From positions 64,001 to 128,000 of the IMG/VR virus record IMGVR_UViG_3300044856_000216: a DNA stretch of 64,000 nucleotides; one strand, given 5' to 3'. This DNA comes from a virus. The notes under the pieces are model-generated. The model did no database searches and was not told where the DNA came from. It saw nothing but the letters and a program-made list of their open reading frames with translations. The translations under genes and the position numbers were made by a program. This document shows, in pieces, positions 55,081-63,645 of this stretch (position 1 is the first letter of the stretch; every line of letters begins with the position of its first letter).

Positions 55081-57948
55081 ATGACAAACAATAACGGAGT
55101 TTACATACCATCTATTGATGCAAAGGATATTTATTTATCAGCACATTACATTGAGGAAAATCCAGAAGGATATAATTTAAAGCTTAAAGATGGACAATAT
55201 AATTTACGAAAATTTATTAACACACTTGATTATAGCTTGGATCTTATAGAACTAAAAGATATTTATTATAGAAAATTCAGGAAACATGATTTTTCATTTA
55301 GAATTAAAAAACACGATTATTCTGTAAATGTAATTAATCTCACATTTAAGTATTCTGTAAAAGAATGGAATCAGATGAACAAAAATACTTTTGTCAGACT
55401 TGGATACGATTATAGGAATCTCTCTTTCGAAGATGGTATTGCTAAAAATAGTGAAGGTGAAATTGTCGGAATTAAGACGAATGAAAAAATTGAAAACCCA
55501 ATTGATATACCAAAGCCATTTGTTAAAAAGCAGGTAAATATCTATGATAAAAAGGATAAAACTGTTATTAAAGAGATTCAAAAGCAGTACCATAAAAAAG
55601 GCGAACCTAAGACTATAAAGACAAATGCAGAACTTAGAACTGAGTTGTATAAAGATGGATTTATCTGCAATGGTACTAAATATTGTCGAATGAAACGCTC
55701 TACTGGTTCAGCAAGAGTTGGTAAATGTCTCTTTATCAGAGAAGATTTATATGAACCAATTTTAAAATTCAGTTCAGGCGGTCTTAAATACAGCCAAGGA
55801 GATCCGATTGATTTAGCTGCATATGAGGGATATATTGCTCTCCCATCTAGTAGCATTATTGATACCATTCCAATTAAACCAGAAAATATTCTTTTAATTG
55901 ATGATTATGACAGCGTGTTTAATGAGGACGTAATCGAGACTCATGATGAAGATGGATGGCTTAAAACTACTGAAAAGAATTGTGAAATTACAAATACAAT
56001 TTGGGATGGTCAGTCTCTTATGGATATATCTCTATTTGGTGATTATTCAGAATATGGTATGCTTCTACTTAGAAATCTAATGTTCAAGTCTTGTTGTTTC
56101 AACTGTAATATCCAACAATGGTTTAAAGATAATAATATAACAGATGTGTCTCAGCTTAATGGTAAAACAAGAGCTACACGCATTGAAGATGTAAAGTTAA
56201 TTACCACACCTAACAGTATTAAATATTTGAAATTTAGTACATGGGATGAATGGCTTGACCACTTATATCCTGATTTTGGTGTTGTAAAGCATGATAAGAA
56301 AACTCACTTCTTTGGCGGTCGTTTGGTACAGACTCATTATCAGTTGCTCAATACCCTTCAGATGTCAAAAGATGAAGTAAGAGAATTCTTGCAAGAATCA
56401 TTTGACTTCGCACAAATGCTTAGAGATAGACCAGAAGTTGTACGCTATTACATTAAATATCCTGATATTGATGAAATGTCACCTATGGATAAACCTATGA
56501 GTAGCAAGAATGATGTGGTTTATAATTTAATGTGTGTAAATGATAATTTTACCAAGACAAAATATTATCAAGACTTTTTACATGATTTATTGGCATCATA
56601 TTACAAGAATCTTAAAAATGGACATATTTATGTAAATGGCAATTATTCTACTCTTCTTGGTAATCCAATAGAGATGCTACAGCAATCAATCGGTAAGTTT
56701 GAAGGAAAAAGTCAAATTGGAATTGGTAATATACATAGTACACGCTTTGAATATAATAAAACTCTTCTTGCCAGTCGTTCACCTCATGTTACAATTGGAA
56801 ACATTTGGCTTCCATATAATACAGAGAATAAATTGATAGATTGCTATCTCAATCTTACAAATGAAATTGTGTGTATTAATTCCATTGGAGAAAATGTATT
56901 ACAGAGACTATCGGGTGCTGATTTTGACAGTGATACAGTAATGTTGACAGATAATGAAAAACTCATTCGTGCAGCAAAAAGAAACTATCAGTTGTTTAAA
57001 ACACCAACTGCGAATGTTGATTCTACGAAGAAAAAAAGATATTATACACCAGAACAGCAAGCAGATCTTGACATCAAAACATCTGTAAATAAAATCGGTG
57101 AGATTGTTAATCTATCTCAGGAATTAAATTCTTTACTTTGGGATAAGATGTATCATGGTGCTACTTATAATGATATTAGGGAGTTATATTATGATATATG
57201 TCAATTAGATGTAATGTCTGGAATTGAAATTGATAAGGCAAAGAAAGAATTTATTATCAACAACGGTAAAGAGTTAGATAAACTACGTGAAAAGTATGAT
57301 GAACTTTTGCGTGAGTATGAAGAGAATGAAGAAGGCGAATTAGTAAGAGGCAAAAAGCGTATGCCACACTTCTTTTCTCATATTTCTAAGCAAAAGGGAT
57401 ATTATAATCCTGATAAAAAACATTATTGTAAATGTCACACTTCAATGGACTATTTACAGACTATTATTAATGGATTCAAAATTAAGAATCCATATAAGAA
57501 GGATTGGCTTCCATTTGTATCTATATTAGACAACTCTTTATTTAGGACATCTAGCATAAATCAAAAACAGATAAATCGAATTTATAGTATTTTAAAGAAA
57601 TACATAAATGAAAGGAAAAATATATTTGCCATTGATTCTGACTCAAAAGAAGAACGAAATGATAAAGCAAATAAGCTTAAAGTTGATTTAATTGCAGATA
57701 TTGAATCAGAAACAATTGGTTTTTCAACATTATATCGTTTACTTTCTTCTCTTGAAGATAAAGAAAATTCTCAAATCAAAAATCTTTTATTAGAAGTTTT
57801 GTATCTTTGTGGTAATGATAGTTTTAATAAAGCTGTTATCCAATCTAAAAATGAAATTCTCCAATTAGAAGATAATGGATCTGACATTAAATTATTTAAT
57901 ATTGGGTTTAAAATTACAAAAAAACAAGTAAATTCGGAAATCGAGTAA
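55081..57948 (+). CDS. YonO / RdRP-like single-subunit two-barrel RNA polymerase
   Basis: 955 aa; LLASRSPHVTIGNIW...LSGADFDSDTVMLTD (DFDSD at 56920-56934). This parallels the RxP-x-H-x-GD...sGgDxDGD block of cellular RdRPs and the NADFDGD motif of the RNAP beta' subunit. Confidence 0.75.
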   Translation: MTNNNGVYIPSIDAKDIYLSAHYIEENPEGYNLKLKDGQYNLRKFINTLDYSLDLIELKDIYYRKFRKHDFSFRIKKHDYSVNVINLTFKYSVKEWNQMNKNTFVRLGYDYRNLSFEDGIAKNSEGEIVGIKTNEKIENPIDIPKPFVKKQVNIYDKKDKTVIKEIQKQYHKKGEPKTIKTNAELRTELYKDGFICNGTKYCRMKRSTGSARVGKCLFIREDLYEPILKFSSGGLKYSQGDPIDLAAYEGYIALPSSSIIDTIPIKPENILLIDDYDSVFNEDVIETHDEDGWLKTTEKNCEITNTIWDGQSLMDISLFGDYSEYGMLLLRNLMFKSCCFNCNIQQWFKDNNITDVSQLNGKTRATRIEDVKLITTPNSIKYLKFSTWDEWLDHLYPDFGVVKHDKKTHFFGGRLVQTHYQLLNTLQMSKDEVREFLQESFDFAQMLRDRPEVVRYYIKYPDIDEMSPMDKPMSSKNDVVYNLMCVNDNFTKTKYYQDFLHDLLASYYKNLKNGHIYVNGNYSTLLGNPIEMLQQSIGKFEGKSQIGIGNIHSTRFEYNKTLLASRSPHVTIGNIWLPYNTENKLIDCYLNLTNEIVCINSIGENVLQRLSGADFDSDTVMLTDNEKLIRAAKRNYQLFKTPTANVDSTKKKRYYTPEQQADLDIKTSVNKIGEIVNLSQELNSLLWDKMYHGATYNDIRELYYDICQLDVMSGIEIDKAKKEFIINNGKELDKLREKYDELLREYEENEEGELVRGKKRMPHFFSHISKQKGYYNPDKKHYCKCHTSMDYLQTIINGFKIKNPYKKDWLPFVSILDNSLFRTSSINQKQINRIYSILKKYINERKNIFAIDSDSKEERNDKANKLKVDLIADIESETIGFSTLYRLLSSLEDKENSQIKNLLLEVLYLCGNDSFNKAVIQSKNEILQLEDNGSDIKLFNIGFKITKKQVNSEIE

Positions 57949-58066
57949 GTCTCAGATAACGAATTTCGTGACCAAATTTATTTTACATAGGAGAGGGTAG
58001 TTTTCTGCTTATTATTTTTTTATGATTACTACCCTACTTCATTGTATTTCAAAGGAGTGATTTACA

Positions 58067-58390
58067 ATACAACAAGAAAAAAAATATTACAATCAACGAT
58101 TTATAATAAATCAAATTCAAAATGATACTGGCTGCTCTGAAAGAGATATTGGAAGAATATTATCGTCTTTGCGAGATTTGGTAAAGGATAAACTTAGTGA
58201 TAGTGAAGATAGTGAATTAAAAATATTCCCTGGACTAAAAGTAACTTCAAGATATATACCAACTGAGCAGTCTAATCTTAATTTCTGTAATAATGGAACA
58301 ATCAATTCTGATTTTCTATTATATCTTGATGGCGAATTCAGCCATAGATTCAAAGAAGAAATAAAACAATTACATAAAGTAAAACAATGA
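58067..58390 (+). CDS. HU/IHF-like DNA-binding protein (apparent non-canonical ATA start)
   Basis: In-frame extension ...NQRFIINQIQNDTGCSERDIGRILSSLRDLVKDKL...LKIFPGLKV follows the HU helix1-helix2-strand pattern. The first canonical start (TTG 58169) would delete helix 1. AAAGGAG at 58051-58057. Confidence 0.55.
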   Translation: MQQEKKYYNQRFIINQIQNDTGCSERDIGRILSSLRDLVKDKLSDSEDSELKIFPGLKVTSRYIPTEQSNLNFCNNGTINSDFLLYLDGEFSHRFKEEIKQLHKVKQ

Positions 58391-58533
58391 AATCAGCTTT
58401 TCTTGGCTGATAAAACAGAGAATAATAAAATGTAAACACCTTAAGTATATATTCATTGTACTTTACCTTTCTATAATCGGTGACTGTACTACAGTTCTTG
58501 TAGTATGGTCACTGATAATTCTTAAATATTATA

Positions 58534-58605
58534 GCGGAATGACGAGCAATGGAAGCTCACTTGGCTCATAACCAAGAGTATGCAGGTTCGAGTCCTGTTT
58601 CCGCA
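58534..58605 (+). tRNA. tRNA with CAU anticodon (Met or Ile2 type), slightly irregular
   Basis: D arm GAGC/GCTC; anticodon arm CTTGG-CTCATAA-CCAAG; T arm GCAGG-TTCGAGT-CCTGT. The acceptor is only 6 bp with a 4-nt connector. No encoded CCA. Confidence 0.6.
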
Positions 58606-59438
58606 ACTCTCCTACTTGTAGGCGGCAGGTTTCGTGTCGTTAAATAAACTTAGCAATAAGGATAAAGCAGGAATGTCTTTAGTTTGCATAAGACACTGCG
58701 ACTGCGCATAGTAGTTTGACGGAAAACACAGATAATCTATACCAAACCTAAAATCAGAGGGCTACTGCTAATGATATGGCTTGGTAGGGGTGATGAAAAA
58801 CGCCCTGTATTAACATGGAAACATGGGTATAATTACTGTCTTATTGGTGCGATTTCCGCAAGAAAAAGTGCTGATATTGATTGTTGTAATGTTTCTTAAT
58901 GCGAAAGCAAGGAACAGAACAATAAAGCAAGTCGATAGCAAGACGAACAGAATGGTGATGATTGGGCTGTACTCAAAAGGTACAGATGGTCAAATGTACA
59001 CCTCATCGTTCATATCATGCAAAAACAAATTACAACATACTTTTGAAATAAAAATATAATGCATATTTATATTAAAAGCAAATTAATATTTAAAGAATAA
59101 GCAAAAGTGTGTATGACCGCAAAGAGACAAACAACTTATTCATCTGCAATATGATGACATATAGCACTCGCAAGGTACTATATGAGAAAATACAAGTAGA
59201 CGCAACCGTAAGAGATTTGCACTCTCTGAACCCCGCAAGGGACGATGTATCGAAAGGAAATCTATAATGCTTTGTGGTAAGAGTTTGCCAATTTTCGCAA
59301 AATTGGTGTTGTTGTTACCTACAGTCTAATCGACTGTGTGATAAATTGTGTCCAACCACAATAGATGGTAACGTGTTAGGTCAATATCTCAGCCTAAAGA
59401 AATAAAGTCTCATACTTCGGTATGGGATTTTTTTATTT
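58606..59438 (+). ncRNA. ~830-nt non-coding, hairpin- and GNRA-rich region between two tRNAs (candidate large structured RNA, or two RNAs)
   Basis: No credible ORF. Many short helices capped by GAAA/GCAA/GUAA (e.g. CATG-GAAA-CATG, CCC-GCAA-GGG, CCAATTT-TCGCA-AAATTGG, CTGTAC-N7-GTACAG). Ends in a strong terminator. Confidence 0.5.
59407..59438 (+). terminator. rho-independent terminator (UUCG-capped)
   Basis: TCTCATAC-TTCG-GTATGGGA followed by TTTTTTTATTTT. Confidence 0.8.
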
Positions 59439-59514
59439 TGAGTGTGTAGCTCAGTTTGGCAGAGCACGTGACTTTTAATCACGGTGTCGATGGGTTCAAA
59501 TCCCTCCACGCTCA
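59439..59514 (+). tRNA. tRNA-Lys (UUU)
   Basis: Acceptor GAGTGTG/CACGCTC; D arm GCTC/GAGC; anticodon arm CGTGA-CTTTTAA-TCACG. The T arm has one bulged T. No encoded CCA. Confidence 0.7.
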
Positions 59515-59550
59515 CTACTATCCTACTTTGTAGGAAATAAATTAAAGGAT

Positions 59551-59721
59551 GTGAAAATTATTTTATTAATTAACAAAACAGAAGCTTTTGCAATGAGGGA
59601 GCTTATTGGGAAAGAGAATGTGAAAAAGACTTATAGTGGTCATGCAAAATACTATCTGGTTGAAGATGACCAGAATTTAAAAGCTTTGAGTGATTATAGA
59701 AAAAGTAAAATCGTTGGATAG
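59551..59721 (+). CDS. small hypothetical protein (56 aa, GTG start)
   Basis: Own translation VKIILLINKTEAFAMRELIGKENVKKTYSGHAKYYLVEDDQNLKALSDYRKSKIVG; AAAGGA upstream. Confidence 0.4.
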   Translation: MKIILLINKTEAFAMRELIGKENVKKTYSGHAKYYLVEDDQNLKALSDYRKSKIVG

Positions 59722-59755
59722 AGACGAAATCTAAAACGAAAGGTGGTCGGAAACC

Positions 59756-61195
59756 ATCGCAAAGAAAAAACATGAAGTAAAAGTAGAAATTATTGGAGGT
59801 AACGCTGAAGGTGTTACTGGTAGTTGTACTCGAATAAAAACTTCTGAACATTGCTATCTTTTTGAGTGTGGAATGATTCAAGGCAATCATACTGTGCTTG
59901 AAAATTATAGAGCCAATATGAAATATATTCAAAAAGTAAGACCACAAGAAGTCGAATTTATTATTGTTGGACATCTTCACGCAGATCATATAGCCATGAT
60001 TCCAACATTATATGCTCGTGGAAAATGTAATGCAAAAATAATTGTACCTAAAGGTTCAACTTCGATTCTAAAAGAAATGTGGCTTGATTCTTCATATATT
60101 AATTGTAGAGATATTGAAGTCATAAATCTTAAAAATGAAAGAAATTATGAGCCGTTTTATACTGAAGATATTGTATATAAAGCACTCGAATTTGTTCAAG
60201 AGATTGATTCTGATAAGATAGTAAATTTATCTGATGAACTTGCTATTAGATATACTGACGCAGGGCATGTTCTTCTATCTAAGCAATGTGAAGTATATAT
60301 AAACGGAGGTTCACATACTAGAAAAATTCTGTTTTCAAGTGATCTCGGTAATATTGCCACACAAGATACAAGAGTTTTTGTTGAAGATTTTAAACCTGTG
60401 TCATCGGCTAATATTGCAATAATGGAATGTACTTATTGCAGCAAGGAAAGACAATGTACTAAAGAAACATATAAAAAAGATATAGAAAAAATCAAATCTG
60501 TTATAGAACAATATTGTGTTGACAATAATGCAAGAGTTCTTATTCCGTCATTTTCACTTGACAGAACTCCATATATCTTATGGATTTTATATTCCTTATT
60601 TGGAAAAGATGCAAATTTCAAAGTACCAATTTTAATTGATAGTCCATTAGCAAATAGATTGTTAGACTGTTACTCTTCTATTCTTGAAGGTGATAAAAAA
60701 GAATTATTCGATGAAATGATGTCATGGAAGAATGTTCAAAGAATTATTCAACCAGAAAACAGTAAGGCAGCTATTGCAGACAAAGGTGCAAAAATCATTC
60801 TTAGTAGTTCAGGAATGTTGACAGCAGGGAGGTCAATTAAGTGGACTCAGAGTATTTTACCAAGAGAATCTGATTGTATCTTATTTATGGGATATTCTGG
60901 TGAAGATACATTAGCATGGAAAATAAAACATGGTAAAGATAACAAAACAATTAATATTAATGGCAAACCTTTTAAGAATAAGGCGCAGATTTACGATTTG
61001 AAGTCATTTTCTAGTCATATGCAGCGACAGGATATGATTAATTATTACAAATCTATAAATTGTGAAAAAATTTATTTAGTTCATGGTGATTCAAATAAAA
61101 TTGAGTTTAAACATGATTTAGAAGATGCAATATCTGATTGTCTTAAAACTACAAAAGTTATTGCTGTTAATAGCGGTACAAAAATCTCATTATAG
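59756..61195 (+). CDS. MBL-fold beta-CASP nuclease (RNase J / CPSF73-like), apparent ATC start
   Basis: GHLHADHIA (HxHxDH), SSGMLTAGRS, SFSSHM, LVHGD. The in-frame upstream KVEIIGGNAEGVTGSCTRIKTSEHCYLFECG is the conserved first strand/motif 1 and precedes the first ATG (59873). Confidence 0.8.
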   Translation: MAKKKHEVKVEIIGGNAEGVTGSCTRIKTSEHCYLFECGMIQGNHTVLENYRANMKYIQKVRPQEVEFIIVGHLHADHIAMIPTLYARGKCNAKIIVPKGSTSILKEMWLDSSYINCRDIEVINLKNERNYEPFYTEDIVYKALEFVQEIDSDKIVNLSDELAIRYTDAGHVLLSKQCEVYINGGSHTRKILFSSDLGNIATQDTRVFVEDFKPVSSANIAIMECTYCSKERQCTKETYKKDIEKIKSVIEQYCVDNNARVLIPSFSLDRTPYILWILYSLFGKDANFKVPILIDSPLANRLLDCYSSILEGDKKELFDEMMSWKNVQRIIQPENSKAAIADKGAKIILSSSGMLTAGRSIKWTQSILPRESDCILFMGYSGEDTLAWKIKHGKDNKTININGKPFKNKAQIYDLKSFSSHMQRQDMINYYKSINCEKIYLVHGDSNKIEFKHDLEDAISDCLKTTKVIAVNSGTKISL

Positions 61196-61221
61196 AGAAA
61201 TATTACGAAATTGGAGGCTAA

Positions 61222-61860
61222 ATGCCTATGAATAAAGATTATTTACAGTTAGAGTTTGATAATTTAGGAAGTGAAGCAAATTACAAACTTGCAGATCCGA
61301 CTCTTGTTGATTATTATAAGCGATTAAATAATCGTGAAATTCTTATTAATCAGGATATTGATGACGGAATTGTAGAATGGACTCAAGAAATAGTTGAATG
61401 GAATAGAGAAGACAAGGATATAGCGATTGCCGAAAGAAAGCCAATTAAGATTTGGATTAATTCAAATGGTGGTTCTCTTAATGCAATAAACGAGCTTATT
61501 AATATCTGTAATCTTTCTAAGACACCAGTTTATGCTATTGGAATGGGAAAATGTTACTCCGCAGGAGGGCTTTTGCTTATGGGTATTCCAAGGGGTAACA
61601 GATATATTTTGTCATCTACTGAAGCACTTATTCATGATGGCTCTACAGGCAGTTACGGAGACACTGGCAAGGTACTTGATGATTTAGAGAGAACTAAGAA
61701 AATTGAGGAAGATACAAAACAGTTTATTTTAAGTCATACAAAGATTACTGAGAGTGAATATGATAAAAATTATCGTAAAAATTGGTGGTTAGATGCTAAC
61801 GAAATTATTGAAAAAGGCGTGGCTGATCACATTATTACAAATATTGAGGAATTATTTTAA
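61222..61860 (+). CDS. ClpP-family (S14) serine protease-like protein
   Basis: IKIWINSNGGSLNAINELI...GMGKCYSAGGLLL...ALIHD parallels the ClpP Ser/His regions. Confidence 0.8.
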   Translation: MPMNKDYLQLEFDNLGSEANYKLADPTLVDYYKRLNNREILINQDIDDGIVEWTQEIVEWNREDKDIAIAERKPIKIWINSNGGSLNAINELINICNLSKTPVYAIGMGKCYSAGGLLLMGIPRGNRYILSSTEALIHDGSTGSYGDTGKVLDDLERTKKIEEDTKQFILSHTKITESEYDKNYRKNWWLDANEIIEKGVADHIITNIEELF

Positions 61861-61888
61861 GGAGAGCGCACTGCTCTCCTATTTTATT
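61861..61888 (+). terminator. rho-independent terminator
   Basis: GGAGAGC-GCACT-GCTCTCC followed by TATTTTATT. Confidence 0.75.
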
Positions 61889-61909
61889 GGAGAAAAAGGA
61901 GATTGAAAA

Positions 61910-62137
61910 ATGGCAGCTAGTAAATTAAAGTTCACAAGAACAACTACAGACAAATTAACAGTAAAGGCAGGTACACTCTCAGAGGATTGTACTACTATTA
62001 CATACACAGATGAGAATGATATGGAGCAGGAAGTAAAAGTAGCTGATCTGCTTACTTCATTTAAGAATCAGGTAATTGATTTTACTGTTGCATTAAAAAC
62101 AGATGAGGAGCTAGATGTTCCGTCTGATGAAGAGTAA
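61910..62137 (+). CDS. hypothetical acidic protein
   Basis: 75 aa; AAAGGAG upstream. Confidence 0.55.
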   Translation: MAASKLKFTRTTTDKLTVKAGTLSEDCTTITYTDENDMEQEVKVADLLTSFKNQVIDFTVALKTDEELDVPSDEE

Positions 62138-62145
62138 GAAGGGAT

Positions 62146-63360
62146 GTGATTACCATAACTTCTTATAAAAGATTTGAGGACGAAACAGATGAGGAGCTTA
62201 TATATAGAATCTGTAAAGAAAAAGATAAAATTGGTTCTTGGCAAAATGTAGCAGATGTGATTAATGAACTTACTGGTAATGATTATGGCGAAAGCACCTA
62301 TCGTAAAAAATACCAAGCGTTTAAGAAAATGTTGAATGCTAATCAATCAAAGTTTGTTGATTCTGACGCACAACTAAAAGAGATTGAAGTTCAGAAACGT
62401 GAATTAGAAAAAGAACGTAAGAAACTTCAAAGTGAAAAAATTGAATATAATAGATGGTTACGTGAAGACGCAAGAGATGAAATGATTGTAGAGAAAATTG
62501 AAAATGCTATATCTACTCTACCTCAGCTATCTACACCTACTCGTATTCCGTCAATGCCTGTATTCAATAAAAAATCTTGGATTCTTGCCATCAGCGATTG
62601 TCATTATGGATGTGAATTTGAGATAAAAGATTTTTATGGAAATATTATAAATGAATATTCACCTGAAATCTTTGAAGAAAGAATGACTTGTCTGTTTAAT
62701 CAAGTTATTGATAAAATAGATGAACTTGGAATTGATGAGTTATCAATTGTAGAACTTGGTGATGGTATAGATGGACTTCTCAGAATGTCACAACTTATGA
62801 GATTGAGATATGGTGTGATCGAATCAAGTATTCGTTATGCTGATTATTTAGCTAATTGGCTGAATAAATTAAGTGGTTATGTACGCATAAAATTTCAAAT
62901 GGTTTATGATTCTAATCATAATCAGTTGAGATTATTAGATGGAAAGAAAAATACATTTCCAGATGAGAATGTTAGTAAAATCATGATAGCTCTTATAAAA
63001 GAGAGATTAAGTGGTAATGAAAATATTATTATTCTTGAAAATCCTACTGGTATGACTTATTCTATGATGTCAACATATTGTGTTGTAGGTTTTCACGGAG
63101 AGAAAAAGAATCTGAAAAATAACCTATTAGAGATGTCTCGTACTTATGGAGTCCATATTGATTATACTATTTCTGGACATATTCATCATGACAACCTTAA
63201 AGAGATTGGAATGGATTCTGCTACTCTTTCAGTAGGTTCTGTAATTGGCATAGATCCATATGCTATGAGATTAAATGCAGCCTCAAATGCTTCATGCTCT
63301 ATGTTTGAGTTTAAAGAAGGTATGGGAAGAACTGCGGAATATGTTTTTAAATTGAACTAA
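62146..63360 (+). CDS. calcineurin-like metallophosphoesterase with N-terminal HTH-like/coiled-coil extension
   Basis: AISDCHYG, ELGDGIDG, DSNHNQ, GFHGEK, SGHIHH motif series; GTG start. Confidence 0.8.
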   Translation: MITITSYKRFEDETDEELIYRICKEKDKIGSWQNVADVINELTGNDYGESTYRKKYQAFKKMLNANQSKFVDSDAQLKEIEVQKRELEKERKKLQSEKIEYNRWLREDARDEMIVEKIENAISTLPQLSTPTRIPSMPVFNKKSWILAISDCHYGCEFEIKDFYGNIINEYSPEIFEERMTCLFNQVIDKIDELGIDELSIVELGDGIDGLLRMSQLMRLRYGVIESSIRYADYLANWLNKLSGYVRIKFQMVYDSNHNQLRLLDGKKNTFPDENVSKIMIALIKERLSGNENIIILENPTGMTYSMMSTYCVVGFHGEKKNLKNNLLEMSRTYGVHIDYTISGHIHHDNLKEIGMDSATLSVGSVIGIDPYAMRLNAASNASCSMFEFKEGMGRTAEYVFKLN

Positions 63361-63437
63361 ACAACAATTGTAGTCCACTGTTCGGCTCAGTTTGGAGCAA
63401 TTGTGAAAGCAGATATTCACAGCTACAATTAATATAC

Positions 63438-63493
63438 GACTAATATATTATTCATTTTTGCTTATTTTGGCGTTTTTAGGTAATATATTAGTC
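63438..63493. repeat. 13-bp perfect inverted repeat GACTAATATATTA / TAATATATTAGTC with 30-nt spacer
   Basis: Read directly; followed by TTTTT. Confidence 0.8.
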
Positions 63494-63645
63494 TTTTTGG
63501 TTAATGAAACCACTATCAGAGGGAGTGTACCTTATATGGACGCTACCCTCTTATTATTTTGGCAATAAATTAAAATATTGCCGAAAAAATATAAATAAAG
63601 CACTCAAAAAAATATAAATGAAGATTAAAAGGAGATTTTTGAACA

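Noticed and set aside
58823-59059. 78-aa rightward ORF inside the tRNA-flanked region
   Set aside because: There is no SD, its composition is atypical, and it lies inside a hairpin-dense stretch that is better explained as structured RNA.
59603-59989. 128-aa leftward ORF
   Set aside because: It is antisense to the small 59551 ORF and to the conserved N-terminus of the beta-CASP gene. The product is low-complexity.
61222-61860. Annotating the ClpP-like gene as the prohead maturation protease
   Set aside because: No portal, scaffold or capsid gene is adjacent in this window, so the role is left open.
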